Assembly: GCA_965230895.1 (NCBI GenBank)
Contig: OZ246394.1
Location: 916,668 to 980,667 of the forward strand
DNA from: an uncultured Gammaproteobacteria bacterium
Lineage (GTDB): Bacteria > Patescibacteriota > Microgenomatia > Levybacterales > UBA12049
DNA length: 64,000 nucleotides
Direction: 5' to 3'
The notes under the pieces were generated by a model that had not been told where the DNA came from, did no database searches, and saw only the letters and a program-made list of their open reading frames with translations. Below are positions 50,166 through 59,619 of this stretch, piece by piece. Position 1 is the stretch's first letter. Every line of letters begins with the position of its first letter. The translations under genes were made by a program, and so were the position numbers.

Positions 50166-50468
50166 TCATTTACGTCGCCATGTCAACGCTTTTCGCCAAC
50201 GCTTATAAAAAGGTTCTGCATGTTTTACCTTAATTTTAAAATCTTCTATTACCGGATTTGCTAAGAATCCATCGGAAAAGACAGTCACTTGGGCTCTCGC
50301 ATCTTTTTTTGAGGAGGCAGTAATTCTAAAATCATAGGCTTTACCTGCGCGCAGGTTAACAACTTCATGCCCTTTTCTCCCCAGCGCATCAGCAATTGCA
50401 TTGGCTTGAGGGTCTCTGATTTCAGATTTATAGTTTGTTTGGACGTGGACGAGAAACTCTCTCGACAT
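50166..50468 (-). CDS. purS: Phosphoribosylformylglycinamidine synthase subunit PurS-like, with a basic C-terminal extension
   Basis: IRDPQANAIADAL, LRAGKAYDF, FLANPVIEDF align with canonical PurS blocks (VLDPQG...AL / RIGKY / LLANPVIEDY). Confidence 0.6.
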   Translation of the reverse strand: MSREFLVHVQTNYKSEIRDPQANAIADALGRKGHEVVNLRAGKAYDFRITASSKKDARAQVTVFSDGFLANPVIEDFKIKVKHAEPFYKRWRKALTWRRK

Positions 50469-50674
50469 AAGCTCATTATATAAAGAAACTTTACTCTGTC
50501 AAGATTATACTTCTTAGCTCATCAATTCCCTACCTAAATAAGAGGAACTGAAATTATTTGCAGCAAAAATATAATGTAACTGTATGAGTTTGTGTGTTAT
50601 ATTGACACCCAAACTAGCTTCATGATAGCTTTAATTAGGGCCTGTTTTTTACAGAATTCTTACTGCTTTCAAAA

Positions 50675-52510
50675 ATGATTAGATTAATTGGGGTGACCCA
50701 AAAAGACAAAAATATACTTCTCTATTACGCCTATACCAAGAATGGCAAAAATTTCTTCAAATGTGTAGCAAGTGATGATGGATTTGAATTTAACGGTGCT
50801 ACGAAATATGTCATAGTTACAGATGCAAAAGGCCGTGAAGAATCAAAATATGAATTTAAGAACTTTAATATAACACCTCAAGGTGAAAAGTTTGTGGTCG
50901 CATTCAAAGCAAATGAGAAAGCAAAAGATTTGACCTTTGCGATTTCTGACCAGCTACTCCGTTGGACAAAGGTTGCTAAGGAAGAATCCATTAAGGAAGC
51001 TGGTGCATTAGTTCCAGATTATAAGTACAAACATCGCCATGTACTGTACACCGGAGAGAAAAATATAAAGGTTGCTTACTCGTCTCAGCTTGAAAGCTGG
51101 AAGACTGTAGACAAGCCTGTCCTCGAAAGCCGAGCAGGCTTTTTTGATGATGGAGATCTGGAAATAGCGAAGGTATTTATGCACGCAGAACAGATCCTGG
51201 TAATTTACTATTCAAAGTCTAAGCAAGGCAATCATACAGTCCACAAAGTTGGAGCAGCGTACTTTGATCCAAAGAATCCAGAACATCTTCTTTGGAGATC
51301 AGACAAACCTCTTTGGGAACAACCTGTCCACAAACACGCAGATCCACTCCAACCACTTGATGTTGAAATGGCGAAAGAATACCTTATTCTTTATTGGTCA
51401 GTGAATGATTCAAATATCTATGCTGTGACTTGCCCACTTCCAGGTGGAAGCCTCCGGGATAAGGATGTCCAAATCCTTCTGAAGAAACCGCATCAAAATC
51501 CTATTTTAAAGCCTCGCCCTGATAGAGTTTGGGAATCACGTGCTGTATTTAATTCCGCTGCGCTTTATGAAGATGGCAAAGTCCATTTCCTTTATCGAGC
51601 ATTGGGAGATAGTGATCTCTCTGTTATTGGGTACGCTGCAAGTTCCGATGGATTGACAATTGATGAGCGATCAGAAGAACCAATTTATCTTCCACGTGAA
51701 CCATTTGAAACTCCTGGCGGACAAGCATTTAAATCCTTTGCAGATCATTTCGCATCAGGTGGTGGATATGGTGGCATTGAAGATCCTCGAGTTACAAAAG
51801 TTGATGATACAGTTTTTATGACATATGTCGCTTACGATGGGTGGACTCCGCCAAGAGCTGCTTTGACTTCAATACCACTCGAAGATTTCCTTGCAAAGAA
51901 TTGGGACAAATGGAAGAAACCAAAACTCATCTCACCTCCTGGTATGGTAAATAAAAGTGCAGTTATCTTTCCCGAAAAGATTAATGGGAAGTATGTAGTG
52001 ATTCATAGAGTCTATCCAAATATCTTGGTGGATGTTTTGGATGATTTAGACTTTGATGATAAATTCCTCACTGGACATCATTTTATTCCACCTCGAAAGG
52101 GACATTGGGATAGTAAAAAGATCGGAGCTGGCGCACCTCCAATGCTTACAAAAGATGGCTGGCTTCTGATCTATCAATCTGTTGGGTACCAGGATCCTGG
52201 ACGCTATAAGATTGGTGCGATGGTTCTCGATAAAGACGATCCAACGAAGGTACTCTATCGAACGAATAACCCGATCGTCTCTCCAGACATGCCGTATGAT
52301 AATGATGGATTTAAAGCTGGGGTAGTTTATCCTTGTGGTGCTGTCATCAAAGACGACAATCTCTTTGTATACTATGGAGGCGCAGATACAATTGTTGCAG
52401 CAGCTACAGCAAACGTGGACGACTTCCTCGATAAGATGAAAAACCATAAAGAACCAAAGATGAGAAAAGTCAAAGCGCCTGTGATACACTCACATCATGC
52501 GCATGCATAA
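50675..52510 (+). CDS. Two-domain GH130-family glycoside phosphorylase-like protein (degenerate N-terminal repeat plus canonical C-terminal GH130 domain)
   Basis: C-terminal half shows GGIEDPRVTKVDD, GAGAPPMLTKDGWLLIYQ, YKIGAMVLDKDDP, YYGGADT. The N-terminal half retains the GAAYFDPKNPEHLLWR-type blade. Confidence 0.7.
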   Translation: MIRLIGVTQKDKNILLYYAYTKNGKNFFKCVASDDGFEFNGATKYVIVTDAKGREESKYEFKNFNITPQGEKFVVAFKANEKAKDLTFAISDQLLRWTKVAKEESIKEAGALVPDYKYKHRHVLYTGEKNIKVAYSSQLESWKTVDKPVLESRAGFFDDGDLEIAKVFMHAEQILVIYYSKSKQGNHTVHKVGAAYFDPKNPEHLLWRSDKPLWEQPVHKHADPLQPLDVEMAKEYLILYWSVNDSNIYAVTCPLPGGSLRDKDVQILLKKPHQNPILKPRPDRVWESRAVFNSAALYEDGKVHFLYRALGDSDLSVIGYAASSDGLTIDERSEEPIYLPREPFETPGGQAFKSFADHFASGGGYGGIEDPRVTKVDDTVFMTYVAYDGWTPPRAALTSIPLEDFLAKNWDKWKKPKLISPPGMVNKSAVIFPEKINGKYVVIHRVYPNILVDVLDDLDFDDKFLTGHHFIPPRKGHWDSKKIGAGAPPMLTKDGWLLIYQSVGYQDPGRYKIGAMVLDKDDPTKVLYRTNNPIVSPDMPYDNDGFKAGVVYPCGAVIKDDNLFVYYGGADTIVAAATANVDDFLDKMKNHKEPKMRKVKAPVIHSHHAHA

Positions 52511-52537
52511 ATGTAGGAAATCAGGTACACTATTATC

Positions 52538-54490
52538 ATGATAAAGCTACAACGTTCTACTAATAATCCTATCCTCAGTCCTGATCCAAATAATCCTTGG
52601 GAACATGATGGAGCGTTCAATGGATGTGTTGTTTTCCATGATGGCGTCTACCATATGGTATATCGTGCTCTTTCTTCAGAAAAAAGACAGAATGGTATCA
52701 GCATGCGTGTCTCCACTGTTGGGTATGCCACAAGCACAGATGGTGTGACCTTTGGTGAGCATCGGCTCCTTTTTGAGCCAACAGAAGATTGGGAAATTTA
52801 CGGTGTTGAAGATCCAAGAATTACCTTCCATAATGGCAAATTCTATATTTTCTATACAGCACTTTCTGTCTATCCATTTGCTGCATATGGTATTAAAACT
52901 GCGGTTGCGATAACGACTGACTTTAAAACTTTTGAAAAGCATCCAGTCAGCACATTCAATGCAAAGGCTCAGGCGCTTTTTCCTGAAAAGATTAATGGCA
53001 AATTCGCTTCTCTGATAACCATTAATACAGATATGCCACCAGCAAAGATTTGTGTAGCAACATTTGATCATGAATCAGATATTTGGTCACCGTATTATTG
53101 GACAGAATGGTATGACAACGTAAACCAACACGCACTTCATTTACTCAGAGATTTACAGGACCAGATAGAACTTGGTGCACCACCTGTCAAAACTCCAGAC
53201 GGATGGTTTGTCATTTATTCATATATTGGGAATTATCTTTCAAATAATAAGAACTTCGGAATTGAAGCGGTTCTTCTAGACCTCGATGATCCAAGAAAAG
53301 TTATTGCAAGAACTGAACATTCACTACTTGATCCTGAAGCAGAATATGAGTTGCATGGAGATGTCCCAAATATCGTTTTTCCTTCAGGCGCTTTAGTAAA
53401 AGATGATGAGCTATTTGTCTATTATGGTGCTGCTGATACTCGAGTCGGTCTCGCATCTGCAAAACTTTCAGACATCATTGCAGAGATGAAACCAGCAGAT
53501 TCAGCAAAGAACCTATCGTTGTATGCAGAAGAAAAGCACGCGAATGCTTCCAAGACGAAATTTCAAAGATATGAAGGAAATCCGATTATTGTTCCTGCAC
53601 TAGAATCTGATTGGCAGGCATTTGGAACATTTAATCCGGCTGTCGTCTATGAAGATAATAAATTCCATATTGTCTATCGTGCTCAAGCAGTTAATGGAAC
53701 TTCTGTCATGGGGTATGCAATGAGTAAAGATGGCTTTACTATCGATGAAAATTTAGAAGAGCCGATTTACTTTCCCCGTGAAGCATTTGAGCAAAAAATT
53801 CATGAGACCGGGAATTCAGGCTGCGAAGACCCTCGAGTAACTAAAATTGATGATCGCTATTATATGCTCTACACAGCTTATGATGGTGTTCATCCACCAA
53901 GAGTTGCGATGTCTTCGATTGCTGTGGATGACTTTTTAAAAAAGCAATGGAATTGGTCACCTGCACAACTTATTTCACCACCGGAGGTCGACGATAAAGA
54001 TGCATGTATCGTCAAGGGCAAAGCAGCAGGAACGTATTTGGCGTTCCACCGATTAGGTTATGATATATGGCTGGATATTAGAAAGGATCTTGTTTTTAAT
54101 GAATCTGATTGGCTCAAAGGAGAAGTCATTGCGCATCCTCGAGCTGATCATTGGGATAATGTAAAACTTGGTATCAGCGCTCCACCAATCGAAACAGAGA
54201 AAGGCTGGCTCCTTCTTTATCATGGCGTGTCAGAACCAGGAAACGTTTATAAAGTTGGTGCTATGCTTTTAGATTTCGACGATCCTAGAAAAGTTCTAGC
54301 AAGGACCGATGATCCTGTATTTGAGCCGGAAACAGAATACGAGAAAGTTGGGGTTGTACCAAATGTCGTTTTCCCTTGCGGAGCTGTGAATGTAAATGGA
54401 ACTATATTTATGTATTATGGGGGCGCTGATAAAGTAATTGGTGTTGCGACAATGAAACTTGATGATCTAATGAAACTTCTTAAATATTAA
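52538..54490 (+). CDS. Tandem double GH130 glycoside phosphorylase (two complete GH130 domains)
   Basis: Domain 1: NPILSPDP...VEDPRITFHNGKFYIFYTA...GAPPVKTPDGW...YYGAADT. Domain 2: NPIIVPAL...CEDPRVTKIDDRYYMLYTA...ISAPPIETEKGWLLLYHG...YYGGADK. Confidence 0.8.
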   Translation: MIKLQRSTNNPILSPDPNNPWEHDGAFNGCVVFHDGVYHMVYRALSSEKRQNGISMRVSTVGYATSTDGVTFGEHRLLFEPTEDWEIYGVEDPRITFHNGKFYIFYTALSVYPFAAYGIKTAVAITTDFKTFEKHPVSTFNAKAQALFPEKINGKFASLITINTDMPPAKICVATFDHESDIWSPYYWTEWYDNVNQHALHLLRDLQDQIELGAPPVKTPDGWFVIYSYIGNYLSNNKNFGIEAVLLDLDDPRKVIARTEHSLLDPEAEYELHGDVPNIVFPSGALVKDDELFVYYGAADTRVGLASAKLSDIIAEMKPADSAKNLSLYAEEKHANASKTKFQRYEGNPIIVPALESDWQAFGTFNPAVVYEDNKFHIVYRAQAVNGTSVMGYAMSKDGFTIDENLEEPIYFPREAFEQKIHETGNSGCEDPRVTKIDDRYYMLYTAYDGVHPPRVAMSSIAVDDFLKKQWNWSPAQLISPPEVDDKDACIVKGKAAGTYLAFHRLGYDIWLDIRKDLVFNESDWLKGEVIAHPRADHWDNVKLGISAPPIETEKGWLLLYHGVSEPGNVYKVGAMLLDFDDPRKVLARTDDPVFEPETEYEKVGVVPNVVFPCGAVNVNGTIFMYYGGADKVIGVATMKLDDLMKLLKY

Positions 54491-56154
54491 CCTCCGTAGT
54501 GTTCATATGAGTTATTAATAACAGGTAAATACGCCTTTTCGAAATAATCCCGAAGCATCCTTGTTGCGCTAAATTGGTTAAGGATCAAATCTCTCCCATC
54601 CCGTTGCATTGTTTGCCACTTTGATTTATCTTGATCGTAATAAGCAGGAACGACTTGTCTTTCCAATGTATCCAAAAGACTTGTTTGGATTGTTTCGCTA
54701 TCGAAAGACCAACCAATTTTATTGATATCTATTTCATCCATCCATCCGTCTTTCGTACTCAATGGTAAAACGCCATTAAGACTCGCTTTCATACCACTTG
54801 TCCCACACGCTTCCGAACCAACGACTGGAGTATTAAGCCAAACATCAGCACCACTAATCATCAATTTCGCTAACGTCTTATTATAATCAGCAAGATAGAC
54901 GACATTGCCTGCCAAACGATTCTGTAGTAATTGCTGCAATTGATTTATTAAATCACGTCCTTCATCATCAGCTTGATGAGAGATACCTGCCATAACAACC
55001 CGGACAGGCCGATCAGCATTTGTTGCCAAAGCGACAAATCGTTCGAGATCACTGAACAACGCCAACGGCCGTTTGTAACGGACCATCCTTCTCGCCCACC
55101 CAAGGAGCAACTCATTCTCTCCCCATTGCTGCCCAGTTTCTTTAGCAATATATGATAATAGTGCTTTTTTACTGGTATCATGATATGCCATGCTTTCCCA
55201 ACTTGGCGTATGGATACCATTCGTTACTGGCTCCCAAACAAAATCCGGCCATAGCTTATTTGCTTCTTTCACATGTAATTTACTCACACCATTGATCTTT
55301 CCAGCCAATCGCATCGCAAAAACTGCAAGATAAAAATCATGCGAATCTTTAATCGTTCCTAAATCGGAAATCTTTGTCACAGGAATTTCAAGTTGGCTTG
55401 CATACTTACTGAGCATCATATGGAGTAATTCATTACTGAAGATATCATTTCCCGCTGGAACCAAAGTATGATTGGTGAAGACAACATGATGTGAAGCTAA
55501 TTTTGATGCTTCGTCAAATGATATTTTTCTTTTCTGTATCTCATGACGGATAATTTCAAGAACAAGAAGCGCTGAATGCCCTTCATTCATGTGATAAAGG
55601 GACGGTTGTACGCCAAGCAATTCGAGCAATCGAAACCCTCCAATACCCAGAATGATTTCTTGTTTCAGACGAACCTGCTTATCTGAATCATAGAGTTTAA
55701 ACCCAATTGCTCGATCCTCAGGAGAATTTTCAGGGACATTCGTATCGAGAAGATATAATGGAATTGAATGATGCTGCCATATCCAACTTTTTACTAACAC
55801 TTCATGGTCCCCTACTGGAACAGAGATAATTAAAGGCTTTTGATTTTTATCCAAAACTGGCTTCAAACCTTGATTCTCAGGAGTTGGCAGGATGTGCTCA
55901 TTGTCCTTGTCATGATGCGGATCAAATCCATATCGACTCTGATAGTAAAGACCAACCGAAACAGCCGGGATATGACGATCTGCCAATTCTTTTATAAAAT
56001 CACCTGCAAGGATACCAAGCCCACCTGCATAGGTTGGAATCTTATCTGAGAGTGCGTATTCAATACTAAAATAGGCTAATGGTTTTTTCTGAAGAAGCTG
56101 ATAAGGTTTGGTCTTACGAAAATCCTCGAACCAAGCTGCATGTTCATTTGCCAT
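54487..56154 (-). CDS. glgP: Alpha-glucan (glycogen/maltodextrin) phosphorylase, short GT35 form
   Basis: PLP-lysine region EACGTSGMKA, 555 aa, N-terminal AYFSIEYAL...GGLGILAGD. Confidence 0.8.
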   Translation of the reverse strand: MANEHAAWFEDFRKTKPYQLLQKKPLAYFSIEYALSDKIPTYAGGLGILAGDFIKELADRHIPAVSVGLYYQSRYGFDPHHDKDNEHILPTPENQGLKPVLDKNQKPLIISVPVGDHEVLVKSWIWQHHSIPLYLLDTNVPENSPEDRAIGFKLYDSDKQVRLKQEIILGIGGFRLLELLGVQPSLYHMNEGHSALLVLEIIRHEIQKRKISFDEASKLASHHVVFTNHTLVPAGNDIFSNELLHMMLSKYASQLEIPVTKISDLGTIKDSHDFYLAVFAMRLAGKINGVSKLHVKEANKLWPDFVWEPVTNGIHTPSWESMAYHDTSKKALLSYIAKETGQQWGENELLLGWARRMVRYKRPLALFSDLERFVALATNADRPVRVVMAGISHQADDEGRDLINQLQQLLQNRLAGNVVYLADYNKTLAKLMISGADVWLNTPVVGSEACGTSGMKASLNGVLPLSTKDGWMDEIDINKIGWSFDSETIQTSLLDTLERQVVPAYYDQDKSKWQTMQRDGRDLILNQFSATRMLRDYFEKAYLPVINNSYEHYGG

Positions 56155-56163
56155 TCCTCTATT

Positions 56164-57702
56164 TTAAGCTAATTGTCTCGGAGATGCTACTGTTGCGGTA
56201 ATTTCTTTTCTTTTTGCGGCGACCCTTTTATACCAACTATCATACTGTGTGGCAGCATGACTCCATGAGAAGTCGCTTTCAAGACAATTCTTCACAAGCA
56301 ATTTCCATAGTTTTGGATGATTATAAATAATAAGCGCCTGCATGATCGTACCGTACAATGACCACGCATCTTTATTTTTGAACGAGAAGCCATTTCCTTC
56401 TTTCGTTGCTGGATTATAATCGGTAATGATATCACTTAATCCACCAGTTCTTCTGATGAGAGGGACACATCCGTATCGCAATGCTTCAAGAGCAATAATA
56501 CCACCCGGTTCAAAAAGACTTGGAATTAGCATCATATCTGCTCCAGCAAAGATCTTTTTAGGCAGGCGGAAATCAGGACGCAAATGAAGTCCAACTTGCT
56601 CAGGAAATGTCTTCTGCAGCACGGTCAGCTCAAGTCGATAGCGTTCTTCGCCACTTCCAAGAAATACGATTTGGACATCAGGACGCTCGCTCAATAAATG
56701 AGGTAATGCTTCCAGAACAATATCTAATCCTTTCTGCTTAACCATTCTTCCACTAAGAGCTAATAATGGCCGGTGAACATCTGGTGTAAGCCCAAAAAGC
56801 TTTTGGAGTTCTCTTTTATTCTCTTCTCTAGCATGTACAAAAGAATTTGTATTGAAATTCTTTTTGATAAACTTATCTGTATGGGGATTAAATTTTTCTG
56901 TGTCCAAACCATTAAGAATACCGGTAACTCTATCTTTGACTGATTGCAGCACTTCATCCAATCCTTCTGCATATTCAGGAGTCATTACTTCAACTGCATG
57001 CGTTGGACTAACAGTATTGATAGCATCAGCAAAAAGCAAACCTCGTTTCAATGGATTCTGTAATTGTAAAGATGGCGCTGTCAAAGGAGCTGGCAAAATC
57101 TCTCCACTATCAAATTCTTCTTTCGGACAATAGCGAAAGTCATAGTTTCCTTGTAACGAAAAATTATGCACCGTAAATACTATTGGAGTCTTGCGAAAAA
57201 GCTCTTTGTAGCGTGGGTGTCTACGCGCTAAATCAATAAAATACCCAGTATGCCAATCATGTGCATGTATAACATCTGGTTTCCACTCATTATGATTAGT
57301 TTGATTTTGTAACATCCACTCAAGACAGGCTTTAGAAAGTAATGCAAAGCGTGTGTGATCGTCTTTGTATCCATAGACATTTGCGCGAAGTTCATAGTAT
57401 TCTCTATTCTCTAAGAAATATGCTTGAATTTTTGAGCCCTTATCCCGATAGGATTTTACATTACAGATAATCGATTTATTTTCCTGATCGTTGTCATCAG
57501 GAACGATTAAATCAGGATACTCCATTTGTAATTTCCAGTTTCCTTCAATTGTGGTTTCATCCATTGCCCCATATTTAGGAGTAAAAATACGGACATCATG
57601 CCCGAGCTTACGGAGTTCTTTTGGGAGAAAATACATGAACTGACTCAAACCACCAACTGAAACAAATGGAGCAACTTCAGCAGCAAGAAAGAGAATATTC
57701 AT
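56164..57702 (-). CDS. glgA: Glycogen (starch) synthase, GT5
   Basis: MNILFLAAEVAPFVSVGGLSQF (K-x-GGL motif region) and a GT-B C-terminal domain. Confidence 0.85.
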   Translation of the reverse strand: MNILFLAAEVAPFVSVGGLSQFMYFLPKELRKLGHDVRIFTPKYGAMDETTIEGNWKLQMEYPDLIVPDDNDQENKSIICNVKSYRDKGSKIQAYFLENREYYELRANVYGYKDDHTRFALLSKACLEWMLQNQTNHNEWKPDVIHAHDWHTGYFIDLARRHPRYKELFRKTPIVFTVHNFSLQGNYDFRYCPKEEFDSGEILPAPLTAPSLQLQNPLKRGLLFADAINTVSPTHAVEVMTPEYAEGLDEVLQSVKDRVTGILNGLDTEKFNPHTDKFIKKNFNTNSFVHAREENKRELQKLFGLTPDVHRPLLALSGRMVKQKGLDIVLEALPHLLSERPDVQIVFLGSGEERYRLELTVLQKTFPEQVGLHLRPDFRLPKKIFAGADMMLIPSLFEPGGIIALEALRYGCVPLIRRTGGLSDIITDYNPATKEGNGFSFKNKDAWSLYGTIMQALIIYNHPKLWKLLVKNCLESDFSWSHAATQYDSWYKRVAAKRKEITATVASPRQLA

Positions 57703-57772
57703 GCCTATATGATATCAAAAAATGTAGAACAAAGCGAGGAGCAGACTGACCAGACAATCTAAACGGAGTATT

Positions 57773-58339
57773 TTAAAGCGGCTTCTTCTTGAGTTTTAGT
57801 ACATAGCCTAAATATGTTCCTGCTGGATGAATAATAATCCACATAAAAAGAATTAAAATGTACTGATACCATTCCAATGGAACATAAAACCATGTAAATA
57901 AAATTCCACCAAGAATAAAATCTATTTGATCGAATGGGACCCAACTTCTTCCAGGTTGAATATTTTGTCGTCGTTTAAAGAAACTCTTCACTGCATCTCC
58001 CGCTAATGCACCAAAACCTAGCAAAAATCCTAAAAGAATTGGATCTACTTCATTATAATTTATAGGAAGTATACTTCTCTGCCACTCTATATTGTTATAG
58101 AAAAAGATCTGTAGATAAACTCCTATGATTGCAACGAGTGTTCCAAATATAAAACCGCGAATTGTCTTATGACTTCCAAGAATCCTTTTCCCCTGGAACT
58201 TTAAGCCAAAATCTACAGGATAATTATATGGTTTCAAAAAGAAAATTTTCCCAGAACCAAATGCCACGACGTTTGCGAGTCCTGCGGGTCCAAAAAACCA
58301 AAATGCAAAGAAGATTTCTTTAAGAAGATGCTCAACCAT
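57773..58339 (-). CDS. CTP-transferase-like membrane protein resembling CDP-archaeol synthase (CarS/DUF46), distantly related to CdsA
   Basis: Five-TM 188-aa protein with PAGLANVVAFGSGKIF and DFGLKFQGKRILGSHKTIRGFIFG, which I recall as DUF46/CarS signatures. Assignment is from memory of the motif, not a search. Confidence 0.4.
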   Translation of the reverse strand: MVEHLLKEIFFAFWFFGPAGLANVVAFGSGKIFFLKPYNYPVDFGLKFQGKRILGSHKTIRGFIFGTLVAIIGVYLQIFFYNNIEWQRSILPINYNEVDPILLGFLLGFGALAGDAVKSFFKRRQNIQPGRSWVPFDQIDFILGGILFTWFYVPLEWYQYILILFMWIIIHPAGTYLGYVLKLKKKPL

Positions 58340-59000
58340 TTGTTAATATTATCTTATTTTTAATACGATTTACCAATGGGCAAAGTAATGTATAAATTGG
58401 CGCTCTTTTCCGAGACAATTCTGGATTTACCAAGAGATGTTTGAGAGATCTTCGTGTAGGCATTTCTGAAACCATACTAAATGTTTTTCCCATCCCCATA
58501 ATGCAATGAGAATCACTACTTGCTGCTTGTGATTTTTGATAGAGATTTGCGAATGCGAGAGCCTCCATAGGTTTTCCGCGGACTTGCCCACGGCCATTAA
58601 AGACTTCAACAATATCAATATCATCTTTAATTTTATCCAAACTTGATTGCTGTAATCCTTTTCTGAAAATCTCGTATGGATGAGGTATATAAACAAGCGC
58701 ATCCTGTTGTTTTATTCGATTAACTGTTTCGACAGCATCAAGTCCAGCAGGAATTGTTTCTTTGAGGAAAAGCCCGATGATCTCACCTTCACTTGTTGTT
58801 ATTTCCTCACCAATGATAATTTTATCCCCATGTTTTTGCTGCATTATCCTCGCAAAACTCGTTTCGTTATGGTCTGTGATCGCAATACAATCAAGCCGTT
58901 CTGTCTCCAGTAAGCGCTCATATTCCTCAGCCGTAATACCACCATCATGTGATATGATTGAATGTGAATGCAGGTCAACTTTATAATGCGTTTTATCCAT
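58332..59000 (-). CDS. PHP-domain phosphoesterase (histidinol-phosphatase-like metal-dependent phosphatase)
   Basis: DLHSHSIISHDGG, ITDHNE, HPYE, SDSH: the four PHP metal-ligand blocks. Start chosen at MDKTHYKVDLHSHS (59000); the track ORF extends to 59132. Confidence 0.7.
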   Translation of the reverse strand: MDKTHYKVDLHSHSIISHDGGITAEEYERLLETERLDCIAITDHNETSFARIMQQKHGDKIIIGEEITTSEGEIIGLFLKETIPAGLDAVETVNRIKQQDALVYIPHPYEIFRKGLQQSSLDKIKDDIDIVEVFNGRGQVRGKPMEALAFANLYQKSQAASSDSHCIMGMGKTFSMVSEMPTRRSLKHLLVNPELSRKRAPIYTLLCPLVNRIKNKIILTNG

Positions 59001-59586
59001 GTTAAGTAAAAGCAAACAATCAGTAGAGAAAGTTTTGGAGCCAATAGTCAAACCTTTGTCTAAGGTAAATCCGAACGTGCTGACTCTCTTAGGTAGTATA
59101 CCACCTCTTCTTTTCTTTGTCGCTATCATCAATCACATCTATTGGCTAGCAATTCTTGCTTTTATAGGCAATCTTTTTGATCTTATCGACGGGATGGTAG
59201 CAAGGAAATATAAAAAAGTAACAGCTTTTGGAGGATTTCTTGATTCAACACTTGATCGGGTCGGAGATTTCTTAATAATTACTTCATTCTCTTTTGCAGG
59301 AATTGTCCGATGGGAGTTAACAATACCATTATTACTTTTTGCCTTCTTGACTAGTTATATCCGAAGCCGAGGAGAGTTGGCAAAACCGTCAGTAAGTTTT
59401 GCAGTTGGAATTGTTGAAAGAACAGAGCGGCTCATTGTTGTGGTCCTTGCTCTCGTTTTGCACATGTTTTTTCCAAACTATTCTTTCGCAGGATTTAATG
59501 TGATGGAGGTCAGTTTCTTATTCTTAGGAATTTTATCTTTCTATACAGTTTTACAACGCGTTGCCCATGCGCATAAAAATCTTTAA
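58999..59586 (+). CDS. Small CDP-alcohol phosphatidyltransferase (PIP/AIP-synthase or DIPPS-size class)
   Basis: DLIDGMVARK...GGFLDSTLDRVGD = D-G-x2-A-R-x8-G-x3-D-x3-D. 195 aa, about 6 TM. Confidence 0.75.
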   Translation: MLSKSKQSVEKVLEPIVKPLSKVNPNVLTLLGSIPPLLFFVAIINHIYWLAILAFIGNLFDLIDGMVARKYKKVTAFGGFLDSTLDRVGDFLIITSFSFAGIVRWELTIPLLLFAFLTSYIRSRGELAKPSVSFAVGIVERTERLIVVVLALVLHMFFPNYSFAGFNVMEVSFLFLGILSFYTVLQRVAHAHKNL

Positions 59587-59619
59587 TAAATCGTTCCTTC
59601 ACGCCTATTGAAGTCCTGA

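Noticed and set aside
57759-57944. 61-aa ORF overlapping the CarS-like gene 3' end
   Set aside because: It is nested in a different frame of a gene with a coherent five-TM topology, so it is spurious.
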